Shown here piece by piece: positions 22,024 to 28,453 of a stretch of 64,000 nt of DNA; positions within the stretch are counted from its first letter, which is position 1, and each line of letters starts with the position of its first letter. The notes under the pieces were generated by a model, which was not told where the DNA came from, made no database searches, and saw only the letters and a list, made by a program, of their open reading frames with translations. The stretch is taken from positions 82,665 to 146,664 of the forward strand of contig CAZNPB010000001.1 in assembly GCA_964574895.1 (NCBI GenBank), in the 5' to 3' direction. The position numbers and the translations under genes were made by a program. Source of the DNA: an uncultured Eubacteriales bacterium. Its GTDB lineage: Bacteria; Acidobacteriota; Aminicenantia; Aminicenantales; Saccharicenantaceae.

Positions 22024-24029
22024 GCCCCGCCGCCCGGGGCGACCGGGGGCTCCAGCGGCCCCTTCGCCAGGTAGTCGAAGGCCCGGTCCATGTCCCTGTG
22101 GTTGGCCACAAGGACCAGGGTATCCTGCTCCCGGAGCTCGAAGTCCGCGCCCGGGCTGGCGAAGGAACGGTCGTCGCGGACCACGGCGATGACCGTGGCC
22201 CCGGTCCGGCCCCTCAGGTCAAGCGCGGCCAGCGTTTGGCCGGCCGGCCAGGCCCCGTGCCCGAGATAATAGGTCTCGGTCGTCCCGGCCGTCAACAGGT
22301 CGGCGATCCGCTCGGCCGCCGGCCGGACGGCGTCGCAGGTGCCGCGGAGCATGCCGTAGCATTCGCCGCGAACGACCTTGACCTGGGCCTCGATGATGTT
22401 CCGGGGGATATGGAAGCGGTCGAGCACCCGGGCGAAGATCTCGATGGAGGTCTCGAACTCCTCGGGAATGACCACGTCCGCGCCGAGCGCCGCGATCTCG
22501 TCGACATCGGCGGCGAAGCGGGCCCGGGCGATGATGTAGAGGTCCGGCGCCATGTCCCGGGCCGCCCGGACGGCCCGCCGGGTGGCATTGGAGTCCGAGA
22601 TGGCCACGACCATGACCCGGGCCCGGCCGACCCCGGCCTCGCGCAGGACGGTCCGGCTAGCCACGTCACCGAAGATGACCGGCTCCCCTTCGGCCTGGGA
22701 GGACCGGACGGTTTCGGGATTGAGCTCCAGGACGACATAGGGGATGCCCGCTTCCTTCAGGACCTTGGCCAGGTTGCGGCCGTTCAAGCCGAACCCGGCG
22801 ACGACCACATGCCCTTCCAACGGGACCGCCGCCCCGCCCTTGGGCGTCCGGGCCTCCCGCCACTTGAAGCGGCGCCCCAGCCAGTCGGCCCAGCGGTCGC
22901 CGCGCTCCAGGAGCAGGGGCGTGATCAAAATGGTCAGGATCGAGGTGGTCATGAAGGCCTGGAAGGGGGCTTCGGCGAGCAGGCCGGCCGTCCGGGCGAT
23001 GCCGGCCAGGGCGAACGAGAACTCGCCCAGGGGGACGAGCCCGATGCCGGTCAGGAACGAGGTCCGCGGCGGCAACCGCAGGGCCCGCCCCGCCCAGTAG
23101 CCCGTCACGAGCTTGAGGACGACCGCGACGGGGATGAGAAAGACGATGATGTTCCGGGCCGCCCAGGCGTCCCGGGCGTTGAACAGCAGCCCGATGGAGA
23201 CGAATAGGAGGCTGCTGAAGACGTCCTTGAACGGCAGGATGTCGGAGACCACCTGGTGGCTGTAGGGGGATTCGGCGATGACGATCCCGGCCAGGAACGC
23301 GCCCAGGGCCAGCGACAGGCCCAGGGCCGAGGACAGCAGCGACATCCCCAGGCAGATGAAGAGCGACATCAGCAGGAACAGCTCCCGGAGGCGGGTCCCG
23401 ACGATCTTGAAGAGGACCTCGGAGATGATGATCCGGGTCACGAAGAACACCGCCGCCAGGACGACGAAGCTGACGGCCAGGCCGCCGGCGGTCCGGCCGA
23501 GCGTGGAGCCCCCGGCCCTGGCCAGGACGGGCACCAGGGCGGCCATGGGGACGAAGCCGATATCCTGGAACAGGCTGATGCCCAGGGCCGTCCGGACGGG
23601 CGGGGCGTTGACCTCGCCCCGGTCGCCGGCGACCTTCAACAGCACGGTCGTGCTGGTGTGGGACAACAGCAGCCCGAACATGAGGGCCTCGGCCGGCGGG
23701 CGGCCCAACAGCATCAGGCCGCCGAAGACCAGGCTGATGGTCAGCAGGACCTGGACGCTGCCCCCGAGGAGGAAGATCTTGCGGATCCGGCGGACCGTTT
23801 CCGGCGTGAACTCGAGGCCGACGGTGAACAGGAGCATGACCACACCGATCTCGGCCAGAGCCCAGATCTCCCGGGCGTCGCCGACGACCTTCAGGGTGCT
23901 CGGCCCGAGGAGCATGCCGGTCAGGAGGAACCCGATCACGGTGGGCAGCTTGAGCTTATTGAAGACGTAGGTGATGAGGACCGAGGCCCCCAGGACGATA
24001 ACGAGTTCCTTGAGCAGGGGGACGTTCAT
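22020..24029 (-). CDS. CPA2 monovalent cation:proton antiporter (KefB/KefC-like) with RCK (TrkA-N/TrkA-C) domains
   Basis: Membrane domain of about 380 aa, followed by a Rossmann-type [14 protein letters not shown] segment and a C-terminal TrkA-C-like segment. Confidence 0.85.
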   Translation of the reverse strand: MNVPLLKELVIVLGASVLITYVFNKLKLPTVIGFLLTGMLLGPSTLKVVGDAREIWALAEIGVVMLLFTVGLEFTPETVRRIRKIFLLGGSVQVLLTISLVFGGLMLLGRPPAEALMFGLLLSHTSTTVLLKVAGDRGEVNAPPVRTALGISLFQDIGFVPMAALVPVLARAGGSTLGRTAGGLAVSFVVLAAVFFVTRIIISEVLFKIVGTRLRELFLLMSLFICLGMSLLSSALGLSLALGAFLAGIVIAESPYSHQVVSDILPFKDVFSSLLFVSIGLLFNARDAWAARNIIVFLIPVAVVLKLVTGYWAGRALRLPPRTSFLTGIGLVPLGEFSFALAGIARTAGLLAEAPFQAFMTTSILTILITPLLLERGDRWADWLGRRFKWREARTPKGGAAVPLEGHVVVAGFGLNGRNLAKVLKEAGIPYVVLELNPETVRSSQAEGEPVIFGDVASRTVLREAGVGRARVMVVAISDSNATRRAVRAARDMAPDLYIIARARFAADVDEIAALGADVVIPEEFETSIEIFARVLDRFHIPRNIIEAQVKVVRGECYGMLRGTCDAVRPAAERIADLLTAGTTETYYLGHGAWPAGQTLAALDLRGRTGATVIAVVRDDRSFASPGADFELREQDTLVLVANHRDMDRAFDYLAKGPLEPPVAPGGGA

Positions 24030-24185
24030 GTCATTCCTGATCGGCAGAGTTTGAGGGCGCTGTGGTCATCATCGGGATCATGTCCTTTTATAACAGGCCC
24101 GGACGGAACGGTCAACCGGCGGTAGTGGGTCAGTTTGAAAAAGGAAAGACTAGACAACGGGGATAGCGGATGTTATATTTAGGGT

Positions 24186-24413
24186 ATGCAAGAACGCTCA
24201 AGCAAGGACACGAAGGACATAAACCAGCTGGCGGCCTCGATAGTAGATCAAGCAACGGGCCAGGAAAGGCCCAAGAACCCCGCCGCTGTGGCCCTTGGGA
24301 AGCTCGGGGGCCTAAAAGGCGGCAGGGCCAGGGCAGAGAAGCTATCCCCCGAGAAGCGGCGGAGAATAGCCAAGAAGGCGGCCGCGGCAAGGTGGGGGAA
24401 GCCTCGCCCCTAG
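24186..24413 (+). CDS. small basic protein (75 aa) with GG(K/R)ARA...AAAARW motif, unknown function
   Basis: The C-terminus LGKLGGLKGGRARAEKLSPEKRRRIAKKAAAARW matches a motif I have repeatedly seen in small phage- or plasmid-borne proteins. It lies at the left edge of the AT-richer islet. The Shine-Dalgarno site is weak. Confidence 0.45.
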   Translation: MQERSSKDTKDINQLAASIVDQATGQERPKNPAAVALGKLGGLKGGRARAEKLSPEKRRRIAKKAAAARWGKPRP

Positions 24414-24460
24414 GGGCTATTGACTTTAGCAAACTTAAGGGATATTTATAGGGCGTCTAA

Positions 24461-24545
24461 TGGGCGGCACGAGATTCGAACTCGTAAGAGGCTACGCCTC
24501 GCTACCGTGCAAGAGTAGTGCGTATGCCGATTTCGCCAGCCGCCC
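24461..24545 (-). tRNA. class II (long variable arm, Leu-type D arm, A73) tRNA with anticodon UGC (alanine codon GCA)
   Basis: The reverse complement is GGGCGGCTGGCGAAATCGGCATACGCACTACTCTTGCACGGTAGCGAGGCGTAGCCTCTTACGAGTTCGAATCTCGTGCCGCCCA (85 nt). It folds with a 7-bp acceptor, a 3-bp D stem with a GG loop, anticodon arm CTACT/CTTGCAC/GGTAG, variable arm GAGGC-GTA-GCCTC, and T arm ACGAG/TTCGAAT/CTCGT. No CCA is encoded, which is also true of the native tRNA-Arg. Confidence 0.8.
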
Positions 24546-24560
24546 ACTAGGCGTCCAAAG

Positions 24561-24650
24561 TGCGGAGGGAGCAGGAATCGAACCTGTTGCCCGGGCAGAG
24601 CAAAGGAGTTTATAGGACTCCCGCCACTACCAAGTGGCCCCTCCCTCCGC
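24561..24650 (-). tRNA. non-canonical tRNA-like gene (tRNASec/allo-tRNA-type cloverleaf), anticodon loop CCUAUAA (UAU if read conventionally)
   Basis: The 90-nt reverse complement is GCGGAGGGAGGGGCCACTTGGTAGTGGCGGGAGTCCTATAAACTCCTTTGCTCTGCCCGGGCAACAGGTTCGATTCCTGCTCCCTCCGCA. It has a 9-10 bp acceptor, a 6-bp D stem with a 4-nt loop, a 5-6 bp anticodon stem, a 6-bp variable arm and a 4-bp T stem with a GGTTCGATTCC core. It lies 15 nt upstream of the other tRNA. Confidence 0.65.
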
Positions 24651-24662
24651 GCTTTCTTTTTT

Positions 24663-25067
24663 TCAAAACGATGGAAAATCATCCGCTTTCGGATACTCCT
24701 CTTTCTCAACTAAATCGTATGTCCCCTTGCCGACCCGCTTGAATATATCCCGGTGAAGGCTCAGGGTGGCCGTCATGGTAGCCCCCTGGTCCTTCGCCCC
24801 CTCAAATTTCTCGGCCCCGGTTTCAATTAGCCGAGATATGATCTCCTTGTAGTGCATGGGCCTTCCCGCTTCTCTCAAAACGGCGATGGTCTTCTGAACC
24901 CTCCCCGCCGACGCCGGTTCGGTCTTTGTCCTCCCCGGTTCTTTCCCCTCTGCCCTGGCGTAGTCCAGGCGGACCCTTTCCAGGGCGGAAATCCGGCGGT
25001 CTAGGGATTCCCGTTCTCTGGTGAGTTTCTTGATTTCCCGCTCAATCTGACTCAGGAAACTAGCCAT
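24663..25067 (-). CDS. coiled-coil + HARE-HTH domain protein (134 aa)
   Basis: ATG at 25067 with GGAGG 5 nt upstream. The N-terminus looks coiled-coil (IEREIKKLTRERESLDRRISALE). The C-terminus IAVLREAGRPMHYKEIISRLIE...ATMTATLSLHRDIFKRVGKGTYDL fits the HARE-HTH (RpoE-delta/restriction-associated) pattern. Confidence 0.6.
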   Translation of the reverse strand: MASFLSQIEREIKKLTRERESLDRRISALERVRLDYARAEGKEPGRTKTEPASAGRVQKTIAVLREAGRPMHYKEIISRLIETGAEKFEGAKDQGATMTATLSLHRDIFKRVGKGTYDLVEKEEYPKADDFPSF

Positions 25068-25100
25068 TTTCGCCTCCGCAATAATTCCCCGGATGGCATT

Positions 25101-25129
25101 ATGATAGCAATTGCGGATTGCCTTGTCAA
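25101..25129 (-). promoter_or_regulatory. near-consensus sigma70 promoter for the HARE-HTH/tRNA unit
   Basis: Read on the minus strand: TTGACA (25129-25124), a 17-nt spacer, then TATCAT (25106-25101). It lies about 30 nt upstream of the Shine-Dalgarno site and ATG. Confidence 0.55.
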
Positions 25130-25226
25130 GTTGTGAAATGCGAATTATTCGCCGTATAGTTAACATAATAAATTGATAAAATTATGTAAACCACAAATAA
25201 TATCTATTGCGAATTGTAGAAAATGC

Positions 25227-25255
25227 TTGACAATGCTTGAGCGGTCATGTATTAT
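25227..25255 (+). promoter_or_regulatory. near-consensus sigma70 promoter for the transposase (probably a leaderless transcript)
   Basis: TTGACA (25227-25232), a 17-nt spacer, then TATTAT (25250-25255). The ATG at 25262 lies 6 nt after the -10 box and has no Shine-Dalgarno site. Confidence 0.55.
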
Positions 25256-25261
25256 ATAGGC

Positions 25262-26104
25262 ATGAATCAGCTGAGCAAGGATAAGCGCGTTGCTGTTATC
25301 TCTGCCTTGGTAGAGGGGAATTCGATCAGGGCCACCAGCCGGATTACGGGGGTAGCCAAGGGGACGGTCTTGAAGCTCCTCCGCGATGTCGGCAGGGCTT
25401 GTGCCGAATACCAATGGGGAACCATTAAAGATATCGCTTGCCACCGGGTCCAATGCGATGAGATTTGGTCTTTCTGCTACGCCAAAGAGAAGAATGTTCC
25501 CAAAGACAAGAAGGGCGTATTTGGATTCGGCGATGTTTATACATGGACGGCGATCTGTGCTGAATCCAAACTGATTTTAAGTTGGTTCGTGGGGAGGCGT
25601 GATGCGATCTCGGCCCATTGGTTTATCAAGGACGTAGCCTCCCGCCTCAAGAATCGCGTCCAGCTGACAACGGACGGCCACAAGGTCTATCTAGAGGCCG
25701 TCGAGGCCGCCTTTGGCGCGGATATTGATTACGCCATGCTGGTGAAGATATACGGCGGAGAGGACAAGGAGGGGGCCGTCAGGTATAGCCCCGCTCCGTT
25801 TATTGACCAAATAAAAACCGGGATTATCGGGAACCCTGACCCCAAGCATATCTCTACCAGCTATGTAGAGCGGCAGAATCTTACCATGCGGATGAACATG
25901 AGGAGATTCACCCGTCTTACTAATGGGTTCTCAAAGAAGGTTGAAAACCTGGAATACGCCGTAGCCCTGCACTTTATGTATTACAATTTCTGTCGAATCC
26001 ACCAGACGTTACGGGTTACGCCCGCTATGGAGGCGAGGATTACAGATCACGTTTGGGATATTGGGGATATCTTAAGCTTGATGAATGTTTCGCAAATCGA
26101 ATGA
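25262..26104 (+). CDS. IS1-family DDE transposase (single ORF)
   Basis: N-terminal HTH (NSIRATSRITGVAKGTV). Catalytic-region motifs CDEIWSF, TDGHKVY and ERQNLTMRMNMRRFTRLTNGFSKK are characteristic of IS1-family transposases. Confidence 0.8.
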   Translation: MNQLSKDKRVAVISALVEGNSIRATSRITGVAKGTVLKLLRDVGRACAEYQWGTIKDIACHRVQCDEIWSFCYAKEKNVPKDKKGVFGFGDVYTWTAICAESKLILSWFVGRRDAISAHWFIKDVASRLKNRVQLTTDGHKVYLEAVEAAFGADIDYAMLVKIYGGEDKEGAVRYSPAPFIDQIKTGIIGNPDPKHISTSYVERQNLTMRMNMRRFTRLTNGFSKKVENLEYAVALHFMYYNFCRIHQTLRVTPAMEARITDHVWDIGDILSLMNVSQIE

Positions 26105-26898
26105 TTAAGCCGGTCATTTGCCAAGCGGATCGCTTCCAATTCTTCTTTTTTTAACCTTTCCGGTCGCGACCCCGGCTGAATGGTGGCAAGGCGAATCTCT
26201 CCGCCCACGGCAGTATTCGTGGCGGCGGTTTCGGCTATCATTCTATAGGCCAGGAGGGACGCCCTCTCCCTGGAGAGAGATTCATCAAAATGCCTCATGC
26301 TGAGATATTGGACATTTTCTCCGTGGCCAGAAAAGGCCGGTGATTTACCCTGGGGGGCTGGATGGAATCCCTCCGCGCTGTCTAGGGAGTATATTACTGG
26401 CTCCTCGTTCTTATAGCCAGCCAAAAGAATAGCTAGGCCGGGTTGCTGAAGGCCAGAACCAAAGGGGAACCACTCTTGATATGAGCCAGAAAAAAGACGC
26501 CAAATTTCTGAGGCGGCCTCATCTATGGTCTGAAAGTTGCCTCGCAATTTCTCGTCGTGCTTCCTCAGAAGGCCCATGCCAGTATTCCCTCGTCCCGCCA
26601 TGCCCAGTATATAGCTGTCGTACAGGAATAATTTTTCAGCGCCGTCTAAAAACTGATTCTTGGGGTTCAATTCCCGGCTATCGCTCCCCATAACAATAGC
26701 CCCTTGGGCCTTAATCCCGACAACGAGGGTCATGTCTTGGTTCACCCAGGATATATCTTCGCTAATACTATTTCCGCCATCGCCCCGTGTCAACAAGATG
26801 TTCTCGCCGCGATCACCGGCGCGGCACCCGGATTCAAACTGACCCATTACCCAACCGGCCCTCCCCTCCCCCGATGAGGCGGCCAGGGGGAATTTCAC
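26047..26898 (-). CDS. proteasome beta-subunit / HslV-like Ntn threonine hydrolase (orphan)
   Basis: Counting from the internal MT at 26733, the sequence is TLVVGIKAQGAIVMGSDSRELNPKNQFLDGAEKLF. This places Thr1, Asp17 and Lys33 at canonical proteasome spacing. Later matches include LLAGY..EEPVIYSLD and FSGHG. The start is either GTG 26898 (giving a 55-aa propeptide) or ATG 26733 (Thr exposed after Met removal). The last 19 codons overlap the 3' end of the transposase gene. Confidence 0.7.
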   Translation of the reverse strand: MKFPLAASSGEGRAGWVMGQFESGCRAGDRGENILLTRGDGGNSISEDISWVNQDMTLVVGIKAQGAIVMGSDSRELNPKNQFLDGAEKLFLYDSYILGMAGRGNTGMGLLRKHDEKLRGNFQTIDEAASEIWRLFSGSYQEWFPFGSGLQQPGLAILLAGYKNEEPVIYSLDSAEGFHPAPQGKSPAFSGHGENVQYLSMRHFDESLSRERASLLAYRMIAETAATNTAVGGEIRLATIQPGSRPERLKKEELEAIRLANDRLNHSICETFIKLKISPISQT

Positions 26899-27002
26899 CC
26901 CGGCTTACCCCCCGAGGGGCGATGGCGTCGATATCCGGCGGATCTAGACTGGGGACGACCGCCGAGAGCGGTGAATCTCAAAAGTTCCTTTAGGAGGCTG
27001 AT

Positions 27003-27623
27003 ATGAAGAAGTTCCTGGTCGTTGCCCTGGCCGCTCTTTGCGTGGCCGCCGTTCTGCCCCAGACCCTGTCCGCCGGCGTCGGCATCAAGGGCGGGCTGTC
27101 CCTGTCCAAGTATACCTACACCTCCCCGGATCCCATGCCGTTCGCCATGGAGAACCTGACCGGCCTGGTCGGGGGCGTCTACTTCAACATGGGCCTGGGC
27201 CCGCTGTCCTTCCAGCCCGAGATCCTCTACGCCCGGATGGGCATGAAATACTCCTTCGAGGGCGCGACGATCGAGTATCAGACCAACTATATCCAGGTGC
27301 CCCTGCTCCTCAAGGTCAGCGTTATCCCGGCCGGCCCCATCCGCCCGGTCGTCTACGCCGGCGGCTACGGCTCCTACCTGCTCAGCGCCAAGGGCGTCAT
27401 GACCTCCGAAGAGGGCTCCGATTCCGGCGACCTCGACGACATATACGAGAAGTACGATTACGGCCTCGTCGGCGGCGCGGGCGTCGAGTTCAAGCTGCCC
27501 GGCATCAAGATGTCCCTCGAGGGCCGCTACAACCTCGGCCTGGCCAATGTCCTGAAGGAAGCGGAGTCGGACACGTCCCTCAAGAACCGCTCCATCATGG
27601 TCCTGGTGGGCGTCGGCTTCTGA
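27003..27623 (+). CDS. outer-membrane beta-barrel protein (OMP_b-brl_2/porin-like)
   Basis: Signal peptide, alternating beta-strand pattern, YIQVPLLLKV and a terminal ..LVGVGF. TAGGAGG Shine-Dalgarno site. Confidence 0.8.
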   Translation: MKKFLVVALAALCVAAVLPQTLSAGVGIKGGLSLSKYTYTSPDPMPFAMENLTGLVGGVYFNMGLGPLSFQPEILYARMGMKYSFEGATIEYQTNYIQVPLLLKVSVIPAGPIRPVVYAGGYGSYLLSAKGVMTSEEGSDSGDLDDIYEKYDYGLVGGAGVEFKLPGIKMSLEGRYNLGLANVLKEAESDTSLKNRSIMVLVGVGF

Positions 27624-27653
27624 TCCCGACCGACAACCAAGTTCCCTCCTGTC

Positions 27654-27687
27654 GCCCCACCCCCCGCGGGGTGGGGCGTTTTTTTTT
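27654..27687 (+). terminator. rho-independent terminator
   Basis: GCCCCACCCC-CCGC-GGGGTGGGGC hairpin followed by G and then nine T residues (27679-27687). Confidence 0.85.
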
Positions 27688-27755
27688 GGCGGGCGGCCGT
27701 CCGTCACGTTCCGTGGTAAAATGGAGCCGGGGTTAAGGCAACGGAGGTGGCGCAG

Positions 27756-28379
27756 ATGAAGAAACTTATCCCGCTTTGCCTTTTGGCGGCCTTATTGGCC
27801 GGGGTCACGCCGCCGGCCTTCGGGGCGGGCGTCGGGCTCAAGCTCGGCTTCTCCCTCTCCAAGCTGGTCCAGGGATCGGCCGTCCCGCCCGCGCTCGAAT
27901 GGGCCAACGTGCCGTTCTTCGCCGGCGGACTGTCCTTCGAGAGCCGCTGGGGCCATCTGTCGCTTCAGCCCGAGATCCTGTTCGTCCGCATGGGCGGCCG
28001 CTACGAGATCGACGCCGACAACGGATTCGAGAATCGCTTCACCTACATCCAGGTGCCCCTGCTGATCAAGGTCAACGCCCTGCCGCGCGGCTCGCTGGAC
28101 CCGTTCATCTGCGCCGGGGGCTATGGCGCCTACCTGATCAAGGCCCAGGGGGTCCTCGAGGCCGCGGGCGAAACGACCAAGGCCGACCTGACGGACGAAT
28201 ATGAGCGGTTCGATTTCGGAGTGGTCGGCGGGGCCGGCCTGACCCTGCGCGTCCGGGGTCTGGCCCTATCGATCGAAGGCCGCTACGTCCACGGCTTGGC
28301 CAACGTCTTCAAGGACCCCGGCGAGGGCGAGACCCTGAAGAACCGCAGCCTGATGGCCCTGGTCACCATCGTCTACTGA
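27756..28379 (+). CDS. outer-membrane beta-barrel protein, paralog of 27003..27623
   Basis: Colinear with the upstream OMP (GVGLKLGFSLSK, YIQVPLLIKV, GRYVHGLANVF). I prefer the ATG at 27756, which has GGAGG 8 nt upstream, over the GTG at 27747. Confidence 0.8.
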   Translation: MKKLIPLCLLAALLAGVTPPAFGAGVGLKLGFSLSKLVQGSAVPPALEWANVPFFAGGLSFESRWGHLSLQPEILFVRMGGRYEIDADNGFENRFTYIQVPLLIKVNALPRGSLDPFICAGGYGAYLIKAQGVLEAAGETTKADLTDEYERFDFGVVGGAGLTLRVRGLALSIEGRYVHGLANVFKDPGEGETLKNRSLMALVTIVY

Positions 28380-28453
28380 AGATCGGCCGGCCGGGGCCCC
28401 TCCTTTACCTGCGGCCTTCGGTTGATCTATCCTGTCGGAGAGCGGAGGTCACC

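Larger units (their letters stand above)
25220..26135 (+). mobile_element. IS1-family insertion sequence, ends not resolved
   Basis: Transposase gene with its own promoter in AT-rich DNA. The only terminal-repeat candidate is weak (GCTTGACAATG at the left versus the reverse complement GCTTGGCAAATG at the right), so the boundaries are approximate. Confidence 0.4.

Noticed and set aside
20279-22111. A 610-aa reading of the CaCA antiporter ORF. Analogous over-extensions occur at 36836..38503, 58152..61058 and 54091..55461.
   Set aside because: The N-terminal extensions overlap well-supported upstream genes in another frame and are compositionally junk. Internal ATGs with Shine-Dalgarno sites or ATGA coupling give proteins of family-typical length.
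24135-24179. A TTGAAA ... TATATT promoter for the small basic ORF.
   Set aside because: The spacer is 33 nt, which is incompatible with sigma70 geometry.
24561-24650. Interpreting the extended-acceptor tRNA as a genuine selenocysteine tRNA (selC).
   Set aside because: The anticodon loop has no UCA. No selA, selB or selD genes or obvious selenoprotein genes are in the window. The acceptor/T geometry (9-10/4) does not match the bacterial 8/5 Sec form.
24130-24709. ORFs 24130..24432 (-), 24170..24451 (+), 24446..24709 (-) and 24560..24742 (+). Also ORF 25160..25453 (-), which is antisense to the transposase.
   Set aside because: They overlap the tRNA genes or better-supported CDSs, lack Shine-Dalgarno sites and show no recognisable motifs.
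25222-26133. Candidate IS terminal inverted repeats: GCTTGACAATG (left) versus the reverse complement GCTTGGCAAATG (right).
   Set aside because: Only about 10 of 12 matching bases with an indel, and the left copy coincides with the -35 box. This is too weak to define the IS ends without other copies.
24150-26955. Possible islet-flanking direct repeat: CTAGAC..GGGGA at 24150-24163 and 26944-26955.
   Set aside because: Only 6+5 matching bases with different spacers. This is well within chance for these lengths.
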